A stretch of DNA of 64,000 nt, from positions 51,956,001-52,020,000 of the forward strand of contig OX597829.1 in the NCBI GenBank assembly GCA_951406725.2, given 5' to 3'. A program made the translations under genes and the position numbers. The stretch's first letter is position 1. Each line of letters opens with the position of its first letter. Below are positions 46,836-64,000 of this stretch, piece by piece. The notes below the pieces were generated by a model. It did no database searches. It saw only the letters and a list, made by a program, of their open reading frames with translations, and was not told where the DNA came from. This stretch comes from Octopus vulgaris (Eukaryota).

Positions 46836-47063
46836 TGGAGGTGCAATGGCCCAGTGGTCAGGGCAGCGGACTCGCGGTCGTAGGATTGCGGTTTCGACTC
46901 CCAGAGTGTTTATTGAGCGAAAACACCTAAAGCTCCACTACAACTTTCTTCTGTTGACCTGCTTGCTTAGCCAGCGGGGTGGCGTCATTGAAGGCTAAAA
47001 TAATGCAAAGTGCATTGTGACCAGTGATGTGTTGTAACATCTGATGGCCTGGTCAGTCACATG
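46836..47063 (+). mobile_element. SINE family B variant
   Basis: Reverse complement of 45389-45617. Confidence 0.8.
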
Positions 47064-47594
47064 ATATATACATGCATACACACACACACATATATATACA
47101 TACATATGGCGTTAGGAAGGGCATCCAGCTGTAGAAACACTGCCAGATTTGACTGGGCCTGATGAAGCCTTCTGGCTTCACAGACCCCAGTAGAACCGTC
47201 CAACCCATGCTAGCATGGAAAACGGACGCTAAATGATGATGATGATATATATATAAGATATAAGTTGGAGGTATTAAAACCAACTAAGGGATAGATGTAT
47301 CCATAAGCACTGCTGGTAATTACCACAGTATGTATGCTCCTTGTCATAAGGTATACGGTAGTAGGTAATCTAAAAGATAAACCGCAGATGATGTCTATCA
47401 ATTGCAATGAGGTAAATACATATCTACCCCAGCCTGATACATGGAAACAGCTGTAAACTTACTCTAACATACTCACATCTTAATTAAATAATGGCTTTAT
47501 AACTCCAAAGATCCACTTCTCATTTATTTCTCCATTTTCTTATCGTCTCTCTCTCTCTCTATATATATATATACTATAAACACATATGTATATG

Positions 47595-47656
<62 letters not shown>

Positions 47657-47928
47657 ATGAGCTTCTTGCAGTTCCTGTCTACCTAATCCACTCTCAAGGC
47701 TTTGGTCAGTCCGAAGTTATAGCAGAAGACATTTGGCCAAGGTTCCACACCTATATATATACATATACATATATATATGAGTAGTTGGCATTAGGAAGGG
47801 CATCCAGCTGTAGAAACTCTGCCAGATCAAGATTGGAGCCTGGTGCAGCCATCTGGTTCGCCAGTCCTCAGTCAAACCGTCAAACCTATGGCAGCATGGA
47901 AAGCAGACATCAAACGATGATGATGATG

Positions 47929-47959
<31 letters not shown>

Positions 47960-48252
47960 TAATTATATGTGTCTCTTTTGCCAAACGGTTAAGCAGAGAG
48001 TGTGATTTGAGGGAGTTTTGACTGCTATATCTAGTAAGTCTAGTTACCATGTAGAAGAAGCTTACTCACTGGCATGATATACAGTTTAACAATATATATA
48101 GAATAAAGAATATCTAAATTTTGTCTGAAATATTTTTTTTTATGTCACTGAAAATTTTATTTTATTTTGAAGAATATCAGATTATTTTTGGTCTATTTAT
48201 TTTCTCTTCTCTTTTCTACTGTTTTTTGTTCCATTGTTCCATTGTTGTTGTT

Positions 48253-63438
<15,186 letters not shown>

Positions 63439-64000
63439 CTGCAACAAGAAAAAAAAAAAAGAAAAAATAGAATTGCAGTAAAAAAATGCAAGTGAGGGCA
63501 TGGTGCAAGTTGTTACCAATCATTGGCTGACAGTGGATGACATAAACTGTTGGACACAAGAGAAAATGCTTTTGGGTTGGATTTTTTGCTAATTAAGTTG
63601 GTAATTTGACAGAGTTGATAGAACATTGGACAGAAGAATGCTTTGAGGTATTTGTTCTGGATCCCTGCAATCTGGGTTCAAATCCTATCAAGACAACTAC
63701 ACTAGTACCAGTGCATGAAAAAAGCAGCCAATACACTGTGTAAAGTGGTAGGAGAAATAAATGTGGGTAGCACGGAGTTGAGAGGGTACTTTAGTCTTAC
63801 TGAGGACATGACAACACTTCTAATGCTGGTGCCTTGAAAAATGCACCAGTATACTCTATAGGGGTTAGGAATGGCATTCAGCTGGAAATATTAAAGTAAG
63901 ACAGGGTCCTCCAGCCTGTCAGATCCTGTTGGACCATTCAGCACATGCTGCTGCTGCTGTTGCTGTTGCTGTTGATATTATTATTATTATTATTAAACTG

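Overview
AT-rich, repeat-dense animal genomic DNA. The SINE, RTE and microsatellite content suggests an octopus (inference). Two spliced genes converge. On +, 18 phase-consistent GT-AG exons (689-38926) encode the stalk and Cys-rich tail of a KIF4-type chromokinesin (~627 aa in window). On -, 7 exons (63438-48253) encode the acidic, low-complexity C-terminus of a protein I do not recognise. The most striking structure is an ~8.5 kb Penelope-like retroelement (Naiad-type RT + GIY-YIG, - strand) sitting in a (TA)n tract of a KIF4 intron. It has ~2.1-2.3 kb near-identical inverted arms, each carrying a minimal type I hammerhead ribozyme. Two further hammerhead motifs occur in short non-coding elements: a TA-flanked fold-back element at ~21630-22282 and a tRNA-headed SINE at ~54094-54360. 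Also present are a U6-SINE fusion retrocopy, two perfect hairpins (79 and 104 bp arms), a young 5'-truncated CR1/L2-group LINE in a long microsatellite, RTE fragments, non-autonomous Helitrons, TTAA MITEs and many SINEs. Most ORF-track entries are repeat-derived noise. Repeat boundaries are approximate; exon and ribozyme coordinates were read by hand.
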